A DNA stretch of 63,986 nt, filler included, from Reticulomyxa filosa (taxonomy: Eukaryota; Protista; Foraminifera): assembly GCA_000512085.1 (NCBI GenBank). It is 19 parts of 19 records of this genome, joined end to end, with 100 filler letters (N's around TTAATTAATTAA, not from the genome) between each part and the next. Parts side by side here need not be neighbours in the genome. Positions count along the whole stretch, not along the records: positions 34,445 to 39,139 come from ASPP01001513.1; positions 39,240 to 42,605 come from ASPP01009843.1; positions 42,706 to 45,641 come from ASPP01028675.1; positions 45,742 to 47,232 come from ASPP01024419.1; positions 47,333 to 55,400 come from ASPP01019980.1; 14 more parts are not named here. One strand, 5' to 3'. The notes under the pieces are model-generated. The model did no database searches. It was not told the DNA's origin and saw only the letters and a list, made by a program, of their open reading frames with translations. How positions within the stretch are numbered: the stretch's first letter is position 1; every line of letters starts with the position of its first letter. Shown here in pieces: positions 36,991-51,302 of this stretch. Both the position numbers and the translations under genes were made by a program.

Positions 36991-39900
36991 TTTTTTTCGA
37001 TATGTGCATATATAAACGAAATAAATTTATATTATTGTTGTTTTTTCATTTTTTTTGTTAATTACTAAGTTTGATCAATGCAAAGATTCACTTATTTATC
37101 TAAAGAAACTTAAAGTGCATTAAATGTGAAAAATACTTTTCATAATGATAATCCTACATATTCAATTAGCACAAATTCAACAATTTGCAAATGATTGTAA
37201 AACATATCATTTTTACTTAACTTTATGTATCATCAATTTCACTTTTCTATATTATGGTAATTATATTTTAAGTATTTCAAAAATCATATATTCTTGAATG
37301 TTCAAATTTGGTTTTTTTACAAATAATAAAGAAAAAATTTAATATATGCATATATTTATATATAATTGATTTTAAAGGTTCGACAAATAATAGAATACCT
37401 GGATCCTGAATTTTCATTTTTTTTTAAATTTGACATTATGTATCCTCAATTTTGCTTTTCTATAATCATGATAATTATTTCACAAAATATAGCAAATTGA
37501 TTTTAAGGATTCGATAAAATTATTGTTACATGATCATAGTTTTACTTTTTCAATAAATCTATTTAAAAGAAAAATGCTTTAATGATCTTGCACAAATTAT
37601 TATTGCTTCAACTAGTATAATCTTAATTTATTTAAATTGATTAATTTTATTCATTAGAAAAATAAATTTATATTTTAAAAAAATATGCAAATTTTGTAGT
37701 TTTTAAGTATAATTTTAACTGTTTATTAAACTATGACATATTTTAAAAATTTAAATATTTTAAATTTTTAAAAATTTTTGTTAAAAGTTTGTTAACTAAA
37801 AGTATATTTGTTGAATTTTATTTTCATTTAATTAAAGTATTTTTCAGTACTATTCAATGAACTAAATGAATAAAATAATTATTGTTTACTTTCTTTCTAA
37901 ATTATGCAAATTTAATAAAGTTTATTCCATCTTCTTTATAATCACTTCCTTTGATAAATAATTCTTCATTATTTGATCGAATATACCAAAAACCATAACA
38001 TATCACCATATTTTACACTAGACACATAACTTTCATGTCATTCGAATCATTGAATTGTTAAAACTAAAGTAGCTCCAGTTCCTTTTGGTCAACAATACTG
38101 TTTTGTTTGATATCTGTTTCATTTTTCAAAAAAATATGTTTTGTCAAACAGACACTGTCTATTTTTGCCATATAATGAGTTTCTGCGTATTTGTCATCAC
38201 TATTATTAATCCAATCGAATAACAGTTAACATCAGATTACCTATCTTTGAGAAATCAAATTTGAACAACAAATACTCAATGTAATTATCTTTGTAATGTG
38301 GGTTATTTCTTGTTATATAACAACAGCAAAGTATTGTTTTTATTTTTTTTTTGTTTTCTCTATGACAAAACCAGATCATTGAAAAGAATGTCAATAAAGT
38401 AGACAGTTCCTTTTATTTTGTTTTTGTCAAAGAAAAAACACAAACAGTGTCAAAAAGATTGCAACATTCGTTTTATCTACAAGAGTTTTCAAAACTTAAT
38501 CAAACAGTTGTACAAATATTTATGTATTTGCTCATTTACATTTCTATTTACATGAACAAAACAGTATCATTTTTAAAAATATGTTCAAAAACATTAAGTA
38601 TTCGTTGACGTCAAAAGTTATACATTTTGTTACTTTTTTTGTAAAAATAGTTGCTGTGAAGTTTGGTCAATAATTGATTATTGTGATCTTATCGTCATTT
38701 TTTTATTTGTTTTCATACAATGCATACGTCATCCAATAAAAAAGGTGAAAAAGCTCCTTTTTGAAAACTGTCGATCAAAAATTACTCGATAAAAAAAATT
38801 GTGAATTTTATATATTGATTATTTTGTGCACATCTTAAACACAAAAACATAATATCCGATTGTTGAATATTCGTATTGAGTACATGAAATTCAAAATTTG
38901 CGTGATTCACATTATTTCACTTTGAGTAATAATCTTCTTTGATTCATAACAGATTAAAAACAACAATGAGCTTCATAGTTTTTTTTAAAATTGGAATTAC
39001 TATGTGAGACGATAATTAGCAAATACAATAATACTATTTCATCTAACATGTAATGTGCCTATTCGTGTATTGATCATTTGCACACAACGAGATAATATAA
39101 ACGAGATTTTTAAAATAAGCAATATACATATGATCAAACNNNNNNNNNNNNNNNNNNNNNNNNNNNNNNNNNNNNNNNNNNNNTTAATTAATTAANNNNN
39201 NNNNNNNNNNNNNNNNNNNNNNNNNNNNNNNNNNNNNNNCCCTACAATTTTATGATTCGTTTTTTAATTTTTTAAGAATAATTTATCTTAACTGGGTTTT
39301 TTTTTTTACAAGCATGTGTTGTATCATTTTTAAATTCCATCCATACTAGAATAAAATTTATTGAATTGTCTTATTCTCGTCTATATATAAAAGGAAACTT
39401 GAATTTTTTTTATTTTTCTCCGATATTATATCCTATGATTGTTTTGTTTTATCCTTAGATGGTGAAATAGTCATGTTGCCATGTTATGAAAACGTACATT
39501 ATATTGTGGCTTTGCTTAATTAATAATAAATTTTACAATTTCAAAGCACGTTTGTTTTTGTACGTATTTTTTAATCTTTTTCAGCAAATAGAAAGTATAA
39601 AATGATTTTTATTTGTAATTTATGTTTGCACGTGTTTGAAGTTGTTGAATACGGATTCAATGGCTTTGTGTGTTCTGCTATCTATTATGAAGAATATAAA
39701 AGTCCCCGCAACGTTTTTGTTTGGAGCACATTTTGTCTTGGGTGGAGAGTATATTTGCATTCACTTTTAATATAATTCAATTTTTTATAAAAAATTATTA
39801 TTATAACGTTTTATCTTCAAATAAAGATTTTACAACATTTTTGCTGACAGTAATTGCATATTTCAATAAATTTTTTTCATAATAAAATAGTTTTATGAAA

Positions 39901-40221
39901 TATTACTCAATTAAAAAAAAGGTTAAACATATCTTTTTGAGCAGAAAAGATCAACTCTGTTTGTATTAATCTCTGGATTGATTAGACAAATGCAAGGACG
40001 TTTCGAGTTTTGTTGCAATGCAAAGTTATCAATAACAAAACAAAACAAAAAACAAATTTCAAGGCATTTACATTTCCAAATCGAATTCAACTAAATAAAT
40101 ACCCAAGCTAGAGACAATTGTTAGTTTTAAGTCTCTTAACATATTTCAAAATGTTGGTTAGCAGTAACCAAAAAATAAAAGAATTTTTTGCTTTGTTTTC
40201 CCTTATTTTACAACACCTTAC

Positions 40222-42501
40222 TCAAAACACAGTGCCATCAGAACGAATTTTAATTGGAGGAGCGCCACTTGGACGTAGTTTGAAAGCTAATTCACGTCCT
40301 GCTCTCCACGTGCCTCCTTCCAACACTTGGGACATAGGAAATTCGGCTTTTGTCTTTCCAAGTTGTTTCCTCACATGGTCTGCAATTTCGTCAATCAAGG
40401 CAACTGTCAAAGCTCTCCATTCCACAATCAATTCCGATCCAACGTGATACGTCATATCAGTGTCCACAGTGTCTTTTATGACAATCACGCCAGTGTCAAT
40501 GAGGAGACCTCCATTTCTGTATTCGGGCAAGCAAGTGAGATCGTCCAAATGTTCAAATTTGATTCCATACGTAGTAAACTCTTCTACAATCGAATAGCAC
40601 AACCACTGAATCAATTTATGGAATGGCACCATATCTGAGCCAGGTTTTCCAATGATCTTCAAATGGTTATGTGACCACACATCACCATTACGCACCCTTG
40701 ACACTCTTTGTGGCCAAATGGGTTCCAGTCCAATGACTAAAGCCTGCCACAATACTCGCAGCGACACTACTTTATCTTGATTTGCTTTCGAAAGAACAAA
40801 GTCCAGCAAATTGCCTGGTCGGTGGACCTGATTAACAATAAAAAAAAGATGAGTCATGTCAGTTGATCAATATACATACATACTATGATTAAAAAAATCG
40901 TTTACAAATTTCGAAACTTCGTGACCAAAATATTCTGGAAATTTCTCCAAAGCCTTTGCCAATCGCTTCAGCAAGCCAGCACGGCCATCCAGACCAATCA
41001 TAGGATTTGACTTTGAGGCTTGGAATCCCACCTTCAACTCTTGCACGGTCAGTTTTTGCAAACCTCGCGAGTTGACACGCGTTTTCAAAGCCTCGTCGCT
41101 GCTGAACATACCATCCAAAAACATTTGCAAAGAGGCAGCACCAATACCCTCACTGCGGGTCCACGTTCGTTGATGACGATCTACATATTTCCAATCGTCT
41201 CCTGCCCCAGCATCCAACAGCACCGAGACAAATGTCAAATCGATCAGTCGTCGAGTTTGTTCTCTTTTTTTTTTTTTTGATCGTTAATATACATTTACAT
41301 ACATAAGATGTATGCATAATAATGTGTGTATAAATATGTATATGTGTATTTGATTGAACCACTCCAAGAAATGTTTGACAAGTCTCAACTCTCGATCGAC
41401 TTCATGAAGAGCCCACTTTTTTCTCAAGTTATCAATGACCTTGGAATCAAAGTGTCGGAAGCGGCTATGCATAGGCACCTTCAAGTCCGGATAATGTTTT
41501 TTGATGCATGCGACTACTTCCTTGGCGCACCCCTCGATTTTGTCCGGGTTTACTCCAAAGTACTGCAGTTCGTCCTTTTTCGCCATTTCATACATCCGAA
41601 CACTTTGTTTGCGAACCGTCTGCAGCAGCCGTAGTTCTTCAATCAGTTCGTCTCCCTTCATTTCCTCGGCATGATATCTGTCATGGGTGAGAGAGAGAGA
41701 AAAGGTACGCACAACACACATGAATCCATTCAAGTTTGTTCATCATATATTGACTCGTTTTACAATTAAAAACTGTATACACAGTTGTTTAATCTTTTTT
41801 TTTTTTTTTAAAAAAACAACAACATACCCGGACATAACCTTGGCCGAGATTTCCACCAAAGCGTGCTTGGGGACATACATATTGGGAAGCGGGACGCGTT
41901 GTTGTACGCGAATGCCCGCCGACACAATACCGTCATACTTTTCGTTGCTCATCGAGAGCAACCAATCAATGCGTTCAATGCCGAGCCAATTGAGCACATC
42001 TCCCATCATATTTTGAAACCTGGCATCGCGAATGCCGGCAATGCTTTCCGTTTGATAGAAATACGTTTCCGCGCTGTCGCCACCACTCTGATTTTTACGC
42101 GCATTGTACACACGGAACTTGGTCACTTCTCCCAACGATCGTCCCTCTTTGCGGAAGTACACAATCAGGCCTACGCCTCCTCGTTGCGCGCATTCAATAC
42201 AGCTCTGCAATCCAAACACTAAGTACGGACGACACGTGCAAATGTCCGTCCCAAACACATCCGATCCGTTGCACTCGTCGTGCACCCTCACCGCCACTTC
42301 GCACTTCTTGTCACGGATCTTACGAGGGTCCCCGAAAAAGTAACACGTCAGGCCCCCGACCTGTGGCAGGTACGTACGTATACTCTTGTCTTTCAAGTCG
42401 CGGTTTTTCGTGTACTTGTACAATGCCTCGCGTAAGTCTGTCTCCGTTAGCTCAAGTCGATCCGCCAATGCCGGCAAATTCCACGCATATTGTACTGCTA
42501 C
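40222..42501 (-). CDS. URC1 (GTP cyclohydrolase II-like) - URC4 (DUF1688) fusion protein, 5'-partial, spliced
   Basis: URC1 motifs WNLPALADRL, YLPQVGGLT.YFFGDP, RVHDECNGSDVFGTDICTCRPYL, YFRKEGRSLGEVTK. Intron 41827-41678 joins in frame to URC4 motifs VPMHSRFRHF, RRLIDLTFVSVLLDAGAG, SEG...ASL.MF, PFHKL.QWL.YS, LPEYRNGGL.ID, EWRALTV, LEGGTW.AGR and SDGTVF*. Confidence 0.92.
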
Positions 42502-44257
42502 CTGGAAAGAGAGAGAAATGAGGGAGGGGAGGGGGGAAAAAAAAGGGGTGTTTTTTTTTTTTTTTGTTATTATAATTATTACTTTATTATTTGCAGTACA
42601 TCAAANNNNNNNNNNNNNNNNNNNNNNNNNNNNNNNNNNNNNNNNNNNNTTAATTAATTAANNNNNNNNNNNNNNNNNNNNNNNNNNNNNNNNNNNNNNN
42701 NNNNNAAAAAAAAAATTAAAAAATTAATAAAAAAAAAAAAAATTTAGGGACTTTCAAAACTAAAATTTAAAATTTTTAATGTGCCAATCAATCTCCACAT
42801 TGATTAAAAATCCTTTATCTTCAATGTATTGTCGACTGCATTCAATAGAAACAAACATAAAGGATGTGTCCTCGCATAAATTCAATATGCCATAAATGTT
42901 ACAACACATATATATATATATATATATATTAACACTAGATTTGATAGGACTATTCAACATAGCCCTTTACATACACATACATTAAATTTCCAATTATTAA
43001 TTCTTGTTTGTAGCACACACGATAACAATGATTGAAAAATGAACAGGATTATCACTGTTATGGAAAAACAATATAAACTCTTATTAACAAAATGGTATTC
43101 TAAACATAAACAACAACTCTATTTGACAGAAACTGATGCAATAATACAAATTCTAAATTCATGTGTCACTTTTTTTAAATCGCCTCAACGCTGAAAGTTT
43201 CTAGAATAAGTTTTTATGCTATAACTAATCTATTTCTTTTATGCTGACAAAGCATAAAAAAACTCTAGGTTTTATTTGCTGCTCAAAGCTTACAAGTTTT
43301 GTAGACTTTTCAAAAATGACACAATCTTGTAATTGGTGTCATTTTTATGAAAAGTTCAGCGTTTGTTTTATTCAAACAATAAATAGATACAAGCGAATGT
43401 ATGGTCTCTTTCGCTATATTTTAAAAAATATTTGTGCTAATGTTCTTCATTAAATAAAATTTTTTAAAATAATCATTGTGCTAAAAAGAAAAATTAATTA
43501 TTCTGAGTCAAATATCACTTAAGACTATTATAACATATTGCATTCTTTTGGTCAAAATATTTGAAAAAAAGAAAAGAAGCTGATTAGTCATTTTACTGGC
43601 AAGTCAGCTGAAATGTTGTTAAGGGCTAGTACAAGTCCTTTAATGAGCTTTCTGGTCGTGGAATAGTGATGTTTACAATGTTAAGCCAAATTTAATCACT
43701 TGTAATTCTTTGTTATCTTGTGCAAAATGAGATGGTTTGATATTGATGTCATAATAATGCTTTTCCAAATTTTTTTTTACAAAATGTCACTTGAACAGAG
43801 ATTACAAGTTGCGTAAAATGTTTTAAAACGAAAAAACTAGTGGAAAACACCGTTAAAAACTCCAGCCATTGTATAATGCAAAGAAATGCAAAGGATGAAT
43901 GGGTGGACTTTGTTTAAAATATCATAGAATTCTGTGTTTTTTTTAAATCTCACTAAAAAAGAACTTGTTCGCAAGTCTTGATACAAGGGCTTTGTACGGG
44001 CAAAAACTAAATGTGAATACAATTAAAGCTACATTGAGAAGATTTACACAAAGTGTAAATTATTTGAAGATTTTTAATAACTGATTTTTAACTGTCATTT
44101 TTTAAGAAACAAGTTAATTCAAAAAAAAAGGTGTGCAATTTCTATATTTTATTCAACAAATGAAAATTGTCCATGTAAAATATCTTCGCTATTTTAAAAG
44201 GGCCGCGTCCCCTTTTTAAAAAAGTTAAACTTAACAAACTTCAGCAACATTAACAAC

Positions 44258-45125
44258 ATGGGTACCTTTCAAACTTTGAAGGAGTTACCCACCACTTGAG
44301 CAAGCTCAATGTGTGCTACACAAACACGAAACTCTCATTTGCGGAGGTTATCAACAAAGAGCTTGTTATTCTTATCATATACTCAAAAATGAATACAAGT
44401 TTAGCTGTGAGTATCCAAGTCATGTTCAATTGTATGGACAATATGTATTGAAACTAGTAGATAACAACAAAGACAGCAATCAAATCACTTTGTTATCTTT
44501 TGATGGATGGGATAAACGGACGAGAAATGATGAAAACAAATAAAAAAATTGTCAAATGCTGTTTTGTTAAAAAACAGGATTATCAATCGAATATGATGAA
44601 GATAACAATACTTTTCAATTTCATCAAATACCTGCTTCTAAGAATATTGCATCATTCAATAGATATGCATATATGCGTATAAATGATGTCATTTTGTTCT
44701 TTGATGGATGGACTTGGAATCGTAATGAATGAATTTTTTCAAAATCAGTGCCAAGTATTCAGTTCGAGAAAATAAATGGATTATATTTAAAAACACTTTA
44801 CCCAGTCCATTGTTTTATTGTGTTGCAATATTGAGTAAAAAAGACAATCATATACACATTATTGGAGGAAGAGGTGATAAAGATGCATCAGTATCAACTC
44901 ACATGAAGACAAAAGTGAGTGTATGTGATCCTTCATTGTTGGTAATAATTTGTCTATTTATTTATTTATTTTGATAAAACACAAATAAATTGTATTGTTT
45001 AACAAATAATAAATAATAAACAGTCAAAAAATGAAATAAAGTGTATTATTCAATATTGGATTCGCATTTTAAAGATAAAATTGGATGGATCAATGATCTT
45101 AACAAAATTATTATAAAATATAGTT
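44258..45125 (+). pseudogene. Kelch-repeat gene with C-terminal HWIR module, frameshifted and internally deleted
   Basis: TFQTLKELP..QCVLHKHETLICGG...CYSYH.LKNEYKF.CEYP; LPSPL..CVAILS....HIHIIGG; final exon SKNEIKCIIQYWIRIL. Several frameshifts. Confidence 0.8.
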
Positions 45126-45989
45126 GAAAGAAATAAATTTTTACATATGAAGATAATTGATTTATTTTTCCGTGAATATCTACTTTAAATATGACTTTGA
45201 TTTGGTTTTTTATTTTAATTATTTTGCAGCACCATTTTTTTCTTTTTCGCTTGTCATTCTTTTGTCGTCGCAAATCTCTTCTTTGTTTTTTTCAGCTGAT
45301 TGTCATTACCTTCAACGTATGGATCGCTGTCACATAAATGGCAGATTTAGCATCAAAGAAAACGAATCATTTAATTCTTCAAAAAAACTCCAATAAATTG
45401 AAAGAAAATTCATAAATGTTTTTACTAAATCAAATAAATCAGTAACAACTCTTGCTTTCTTTAAATTCATTTAATATCTCACTCTTAAACAATCTTCACC
45501 TGGAGGCACTGTTTCAAAAAACAATTGAACATCTCCCTCATTCAAATACCACAATACTGGACTTTCTTTGTCTTGTTTCAATCGTATCCGTATCTTCCAT
45601 TTGTTCAATTCATCTTCAATACTCTTCTTTTTTGGAGATTCNNNNNNNNNNNNNNNNNNNNNNNNNNNNNNNNNNNNNNNNNNNNTTAATTAATTAANNN
45701 NNNNNNNNNNNNNNNNNNNNNNNNNNNNNNNNNNNNNNNNNTTTCAATCAAGAACTGCTTTTTAAAAAGCTTTTGTGATTTTTTTTTTTAATTTTCATGA
45801 ATACTTAAACAAAGCAGATAACACTCCTTTGTGAAAGATACACTGAAAAAAAAAAAACAAATCAATCCATTCAATAAATTTTGTTGAAAAAATCACGAAA
45901 CCAATTGATAAGAAAATTTTTTTTTTGCATACAATCGTATTGAGGTTCGAGTTAGTTATACCCCACAAATAAATTGAACATTTGTTTCC

Positions 45990-47190
45990 TTAGGATTCCT
46001 CTTGAGGAACACCAAAGAAGCGGATCCATTGTGCAAGTTCAATATCGAACCAACTTTCATATTCTTTCACATGTTCGATATCCGTGTTCGCCAGCTCTAC
46101 AATCTTTCTGAAAAGGAATTCTTTCTGCAATGGGGAGTGAAAATATGGCCTCAATCTTGGGGTTCTATAGTTTAATGCATGCAAAGCCGATGCAAAATTG
46201 TCTGGATCATTTCTATAAAACCAGAGCCGAGAGGCATGATCAATTCGTAATCCTAAACGAATATCGTTTCCATAACTGAGAGTCTCTGAGCGTGCATTAA
46301 TGGTTAGAATAATGGATCCATCCTTACTGAAATCGTACACAATCCTGTCATCTTTGGATAGTAGCAGTTGTGTATGATTCTCTATTGACGATAAAAACTC
46401 TTCCCTTGTTCCCCTCTTCTTATCCAGATATTTGATTGCAATACAGCCAATTTTCTGCGGTACGTCCGTTGAAAACCGCACCGATGAGAGAGATGTACCT
46501 TTTTTTTTTTTTTTTTTGTTGAGTAGTTTATATTAGATATTCTGTCCATTGATCAAATATATACATATATACATATATATACACATATATATATATATAC
46601 GTATACGTAGAGTAACCGTCCATATCAAGTCCACTGAGTTTCTTGCACTGACTTACATCAATGATGCCATATTCAGCAAAGTTTTGCACAAAAAGCCACT
46701 CTACGCTTGATGGAATGTGTAGACTCTTCCTGCTTGCCGACCGATTGGGTTTGAAAGACCAACGAAAAGACGAACTTAGTGAAGCCGTTGTTCCATTGTA
46801 AGTGTAATGCAAAGCCAATAAATTTGGACAGCTTTGCAAAATGGAGTTGACAAATTCGGTCTCCTTGTTGCTCTTCGTTAACTTGCCGTGTCTGTCTTTG
46901 ACCACGTCGATGGATTCATCGAATTCGTGCAAGACCGTGACCAGACGGGAGTCACTCACAAAGTGCAAGCTATCGACGATGAGATATCTCAAGTGTGGCA
47001 TATTGGCGGAGTTAATCCACTCCAACTTTTCTGTAAACAGCAACCCACTCAAGTGTAGATGGACAAGATTGGGAAAGCACCATTCTTTCAACTTGTAATT
47101 GTAGCCTTTTCGAATCGTAAGGGATCGAACTGATTTCAGTCCTCTTTTAATTGCATGGGATATCGTGATACCTCCATTTATGACCGTCCT
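45990..47190 (-). CDS. Hypothetical protein with LRR-like segments, 5'-partial, spliced
   Basis: FPNLVHLHLSG, MPHLRYLIV, CPNLLALHY, CKKLSGLDM. TA-repeat intron at about 46610-46499; last exon ends at 45990. Confidence 0.55.
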
Positions 47191-47665
47191 CTTTTTTTTT
47201 TTTTTTTTTTTTTTGGTTAATTCTTTTAAAACNNNNNNNNNNNNNNNNNNNNNNNNNNNNNNNNNNNNNNNNNNNNTTAATTAATTAANNNNNNNNNNNN
47301 NNNNNNNNNNNNNNNNNNNNNNNNNNNNNNNNTTTTTTTTTTTTGCACTAAAATAATCATATAATTTTGTTAAATTGCATCAGTATTCTTATTTCTATTA
47401 AAATATATAAATATATTTAATTACAAGTACAAATTCACTTTTATTGGACTGCAAACAACTTTTACGTTTACTTCTACAAATTTAATAACGTAATATTCAT
47501 TTTCGCTTTCTACTTTTGCATTTCATTGTGTATTCTTCTTTATGTGTTTTCCAAATACTAGTCCCTTTATGGAAAATGAGAGAAAAAAAGTTCAAGTTTT
47601 TTTTTTTTACTATTCATCATCATCATCTTGCTACCTTCAAGAAAAAAAACAACAAACTTGAAGAA

Positions 47666-48987
47666 ATGGGAAATTCTCTCAATAAAAAAGTAACTTCGAC
47701 ACAATTACCAGTCGTAAATTTGCTTTCAACACCTTTGTCAAAAGAAGAAGAAATTAAAATAATTGTCCAACACTGGATTCGAATATCAAACATCAAATTA
47801 GGATGGATAAATAATTTTGACAAACTTGTTGTCAATTATGTTACGTTTTTTATATTAAATAATAAACAAAATATTTAAATATTTATCACTATTTAATATA
47901 GGCTGCTATATTATTTATATTTGATACTTTTTGTTTATCATCTAAATTACTCAAGACTTTCTCTGGACATTCTAATAATGTGTGGAGTATTGATTATTCA
48001 ACATTAGATGATATGCATTTACTTTGTTCTGGATCAGGTGATAGAACAGTCCGTGTATGGGATATGGAAACTAATAGACAAATTCAATTATTTAATAAAC
48101 ATTCAGAATCTGTATTTTGTGTGAAATTTTCATCATATCATTATTATAATCATCGTCTTAATGTCATTTGTTCTTCATCATTTGATAATACAATTCGATT
48201 TTGGGATTTTAAAAATAATCAACAATTACAATTATTTAATGAACAAGTTGGTTGGATTGGTGGAATTGAATTTTCACCATTTAATGGTGGTAGATATTTA
48301 TGCTCTGGATCTGCTGATAATACTATTCGTTTATGGGATGTTGAAACATATAAATCATTACATATTTTTGATGGGCATAACGGAGTTATTCGACGTATTG
48401 CTATTTCACCATTACAAAGCAATAATAATAATAATAGTAATAATATTGGTGTTATTGGTGGTAATGGATATACAATTTGTTCTGGATCAAGTGATAAAAC
48501 TATTCGAATATGGGATATTGAAACAACAAAACAATTAACTTTATTTAAAGGACATGAAAATTGTGTATATGGTGTAAAATATGCATCAAATGGATTAGGA
48601 ACTATTGGTTGTTCAAATACAATATTATCTGGATCAGAAGATAAAAGTGTTCGTTTATGGGATATTCGATCTAGTAAACAAATTCAAGTTTTCAATGGAC
48701 ATAAAGGTATTGTATGGGCTGTTGAATATTCACCATTTGCTGTAGCTAATAGTGAAATTTATTTTAATTCAAATGTGATATGTTCTGGATCATCTGATAA
48801 TACAATTCGTTTTTGGGATATTCGATCAAATAAGAATCAATTGTATATGATTAAAGGAGATAATAAAGAATATGGTGGAATATTATGTCTTAAATTTTTA
48901 CAATTAAAAAAGAACAATAATGAATTTGATTGTGATATTAATCTGTGTTACGGTTCACTAAGTGGTCTAATTCATATTTGGGGGTAA
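47666..48987 (+). CDS. HWIR-module + WD40 family protein
   Basis: MGNSLNKK...EEEIKIIVQHWIRISNIKLGWINNFDKLVVNY | intron 47840-47901 | WD40 repeats ending IHIWG*. Confidence 0.9.
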
Positions 48988-49610
48988 TAGCATACAAATT
49001 TTATTGACTGCTTTTTTTTTTGTTGTTGCTGAATTGAGTAAATACATTTTCTAATCAATATAATACATATTTCAAATATTTCTTTCTTCAAAAATACTTC
49101 TCAAAATACATATAATATCATATCCAATTTGAATAAGCAACTTAACAAAGTAATTATTTGTGCCAATCCAAAAAAATAACATGCCACCTTTGGATTATTC
49201 ATCTTAACTTTTGGTTCCAAGCGTTTACTAACTCTATTTTTGATCCTTGACTACTTAAATATTTATTCTCCTTTATGTCTATTGACCAATTTTCAATTAA
49301 ATATCACGGTTTTAGTTTTACAATTTCGTTGAAAACTACTGTACTTCCATAACTTTTTTGTTTCGTCATTCTTTAGTTTTGATAAAAAACTTACAATTAT
49401 TGAAACCTTTGCTTGATTTGCATAATGAATGTTTTTTATTCAATATTTTGAGTTCATATCCAAAAATAACTCAATTAAAATAGATTTAATATCTTGTATG
49501 TTTGATTGACAAAGTAATGCATTAACGTGTCCGTTGAACTTGAAAAAAATTCAAAAATTCTTTATCATTTGTTATCAAAGATAATCCAAGCAAAAAAAAA
49601 GTTGAAAAAA

Positions 49611-50956
49611 ATGATCACTCTGAACAATGAAGTACCAATTTCAACACAACCAGTCTTGGTAAACTTCATTTCTGATTGTCTTGATGTTTTTATTACACTT
49701 ATTTTTTTTTAAATTTGTAATTGAGCCAGATAGAGGAAAAGAATATTCAAATAATTATTCAACATTGGATTCGAATATTACACATCCAATTTGGATGGAC
49801 CCATGACTTTGATAAATTTATCATTGATTATGTAATATGTATTTTTTCTTTTTTTCTATTTAATAACAATATTTGTTCATAATCATAGTCAATTCCTTTC
49901 TTCATACTGGACACGTTCTGCTCATCATCGAAATTACTCACAACACTTGTTGGACACACTGATCGTGTGTATAGCATTGATTATTCAACATTTGATGGAA
50001 ATAATTTACTTTGTTCTGGATCGGATGATAACACAATTCGTGTATGGAACACAGAGACAAACAAACAAATTCAATTATTCAATGGACATTCAGACTATGT
50101 GTCTTGTGTGAGATTTTCACCATATCATTATCATTATCATTGTCGTAATGTTATTTGTTCTTCATCATGGGACAATACCTTTCGTTGTTGGGATGTCAAA
50201 GATAATCAACAATCGAAAATTTTCAAAGGACGTGATTTTGGTATTTATTGCTTTGAGTTTTCACCATTTAATGGTAGTAGATATTTGTGTTGTGGATCCG
50301 ACTATACTATTTCTTTATTTGATGTTGAAACATTCAAATCATTACACACTTTCAAAGGACATGGTCGGAATGTTTGGTGTGTGGATTTTTCGCCATTGCA
50401 AGGTAGTAATAATATTGGTGTGATTGGTGGAAATGGATATACCATTTGTTCTGGATCAGATGATAATACCATCCGTATATGGGATATTGAAACAGCCAAA
50501 CAATTGATTGAATTTGATTGGCATGAATCTGCAGTGTGGAGTGTAAAATATGGATCAAATGAATTAGGAAATATTGGTGGTGCAAATACAATATTATCTG
50601 GATCAGGTGATTTCAGTGCTTGTTTGTGGGATATTCGATCTGGTGAACAAATTCAAGTGTTCAAAGGACATACAGGTGGAGTAATGGCTGTTGAATATTC
50701 ACCATTTGTAATCAAGAATAGTAGTGATTATTCAAATGTGATATGTTCTGGATCATTTGATAGTACAATCCGTTTTTGGGATATTCGATCAAATAAGAAA
50801 GAATTGTATATGATTAAGGGAAGTAATGAAGAAGATTTTGGTATATTTAGTCTTCAATTTGTACAATTAGAAGAGAAAAGGATAATCAATGATGATTGTT
50901 GTGATATTAATCTGTATTATGGTTTAGGCAATGGTTCTATTCGTATTTGGGGATAG
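49611..50956 (+). CDS. HWIR-module + WD40 family protein (tandem paralogue)
   Basis: Exons 49611-49658, 49730-49831 and 49889-50956 join in frame; WD40 repeats end IRIWG*. Confidence 0.9.
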
Positions 50957-51302
50957 TATTTTTTCAAAACAAAAATCTGTTTGGGTAAATTAAATGATCT
51001 CCAAGAAAAGATTATACTTGAGATTTACGTTGTACTAATATGTGTAATTTGCTAGAATGCTCTAAAATGCAAAATTAATTAGTACAATTGAAAAACAGTC
51101 TTTCATCCCATATTTTAATAGCTTTGTCATCAGAACATGATAAAATTATTATTTGCTAGCAAAGTAAATAAGATATATTTTTTTTTTTTTAATGAAAAGT
51201 AATAATTAAAAGCTATAATGCGTTTATATTTTGAAGACATTTGGAAAATAAGCAAACAAATTGATTCAAACGGATATAACTGTTTTTTAGCAAATCTTCA
51301 AA

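Noticed and set aside
37000-39139. Long, extremely AT-rich tract and short ORFs (similarly 2999-4452 and 61310-62886)
   Set aside because: No recognisable motif, periodicity or credible intact reading frame; treated as intergenic or heavily decayed sequence.
41828-42501. Riboflavin-pathway GTP cyclohydrolase II (ribA)
   Set aside because: RVHDECNGSDVFG, the N-terminal extension and fusion to DUF1688 identify the URC1 subfamily.
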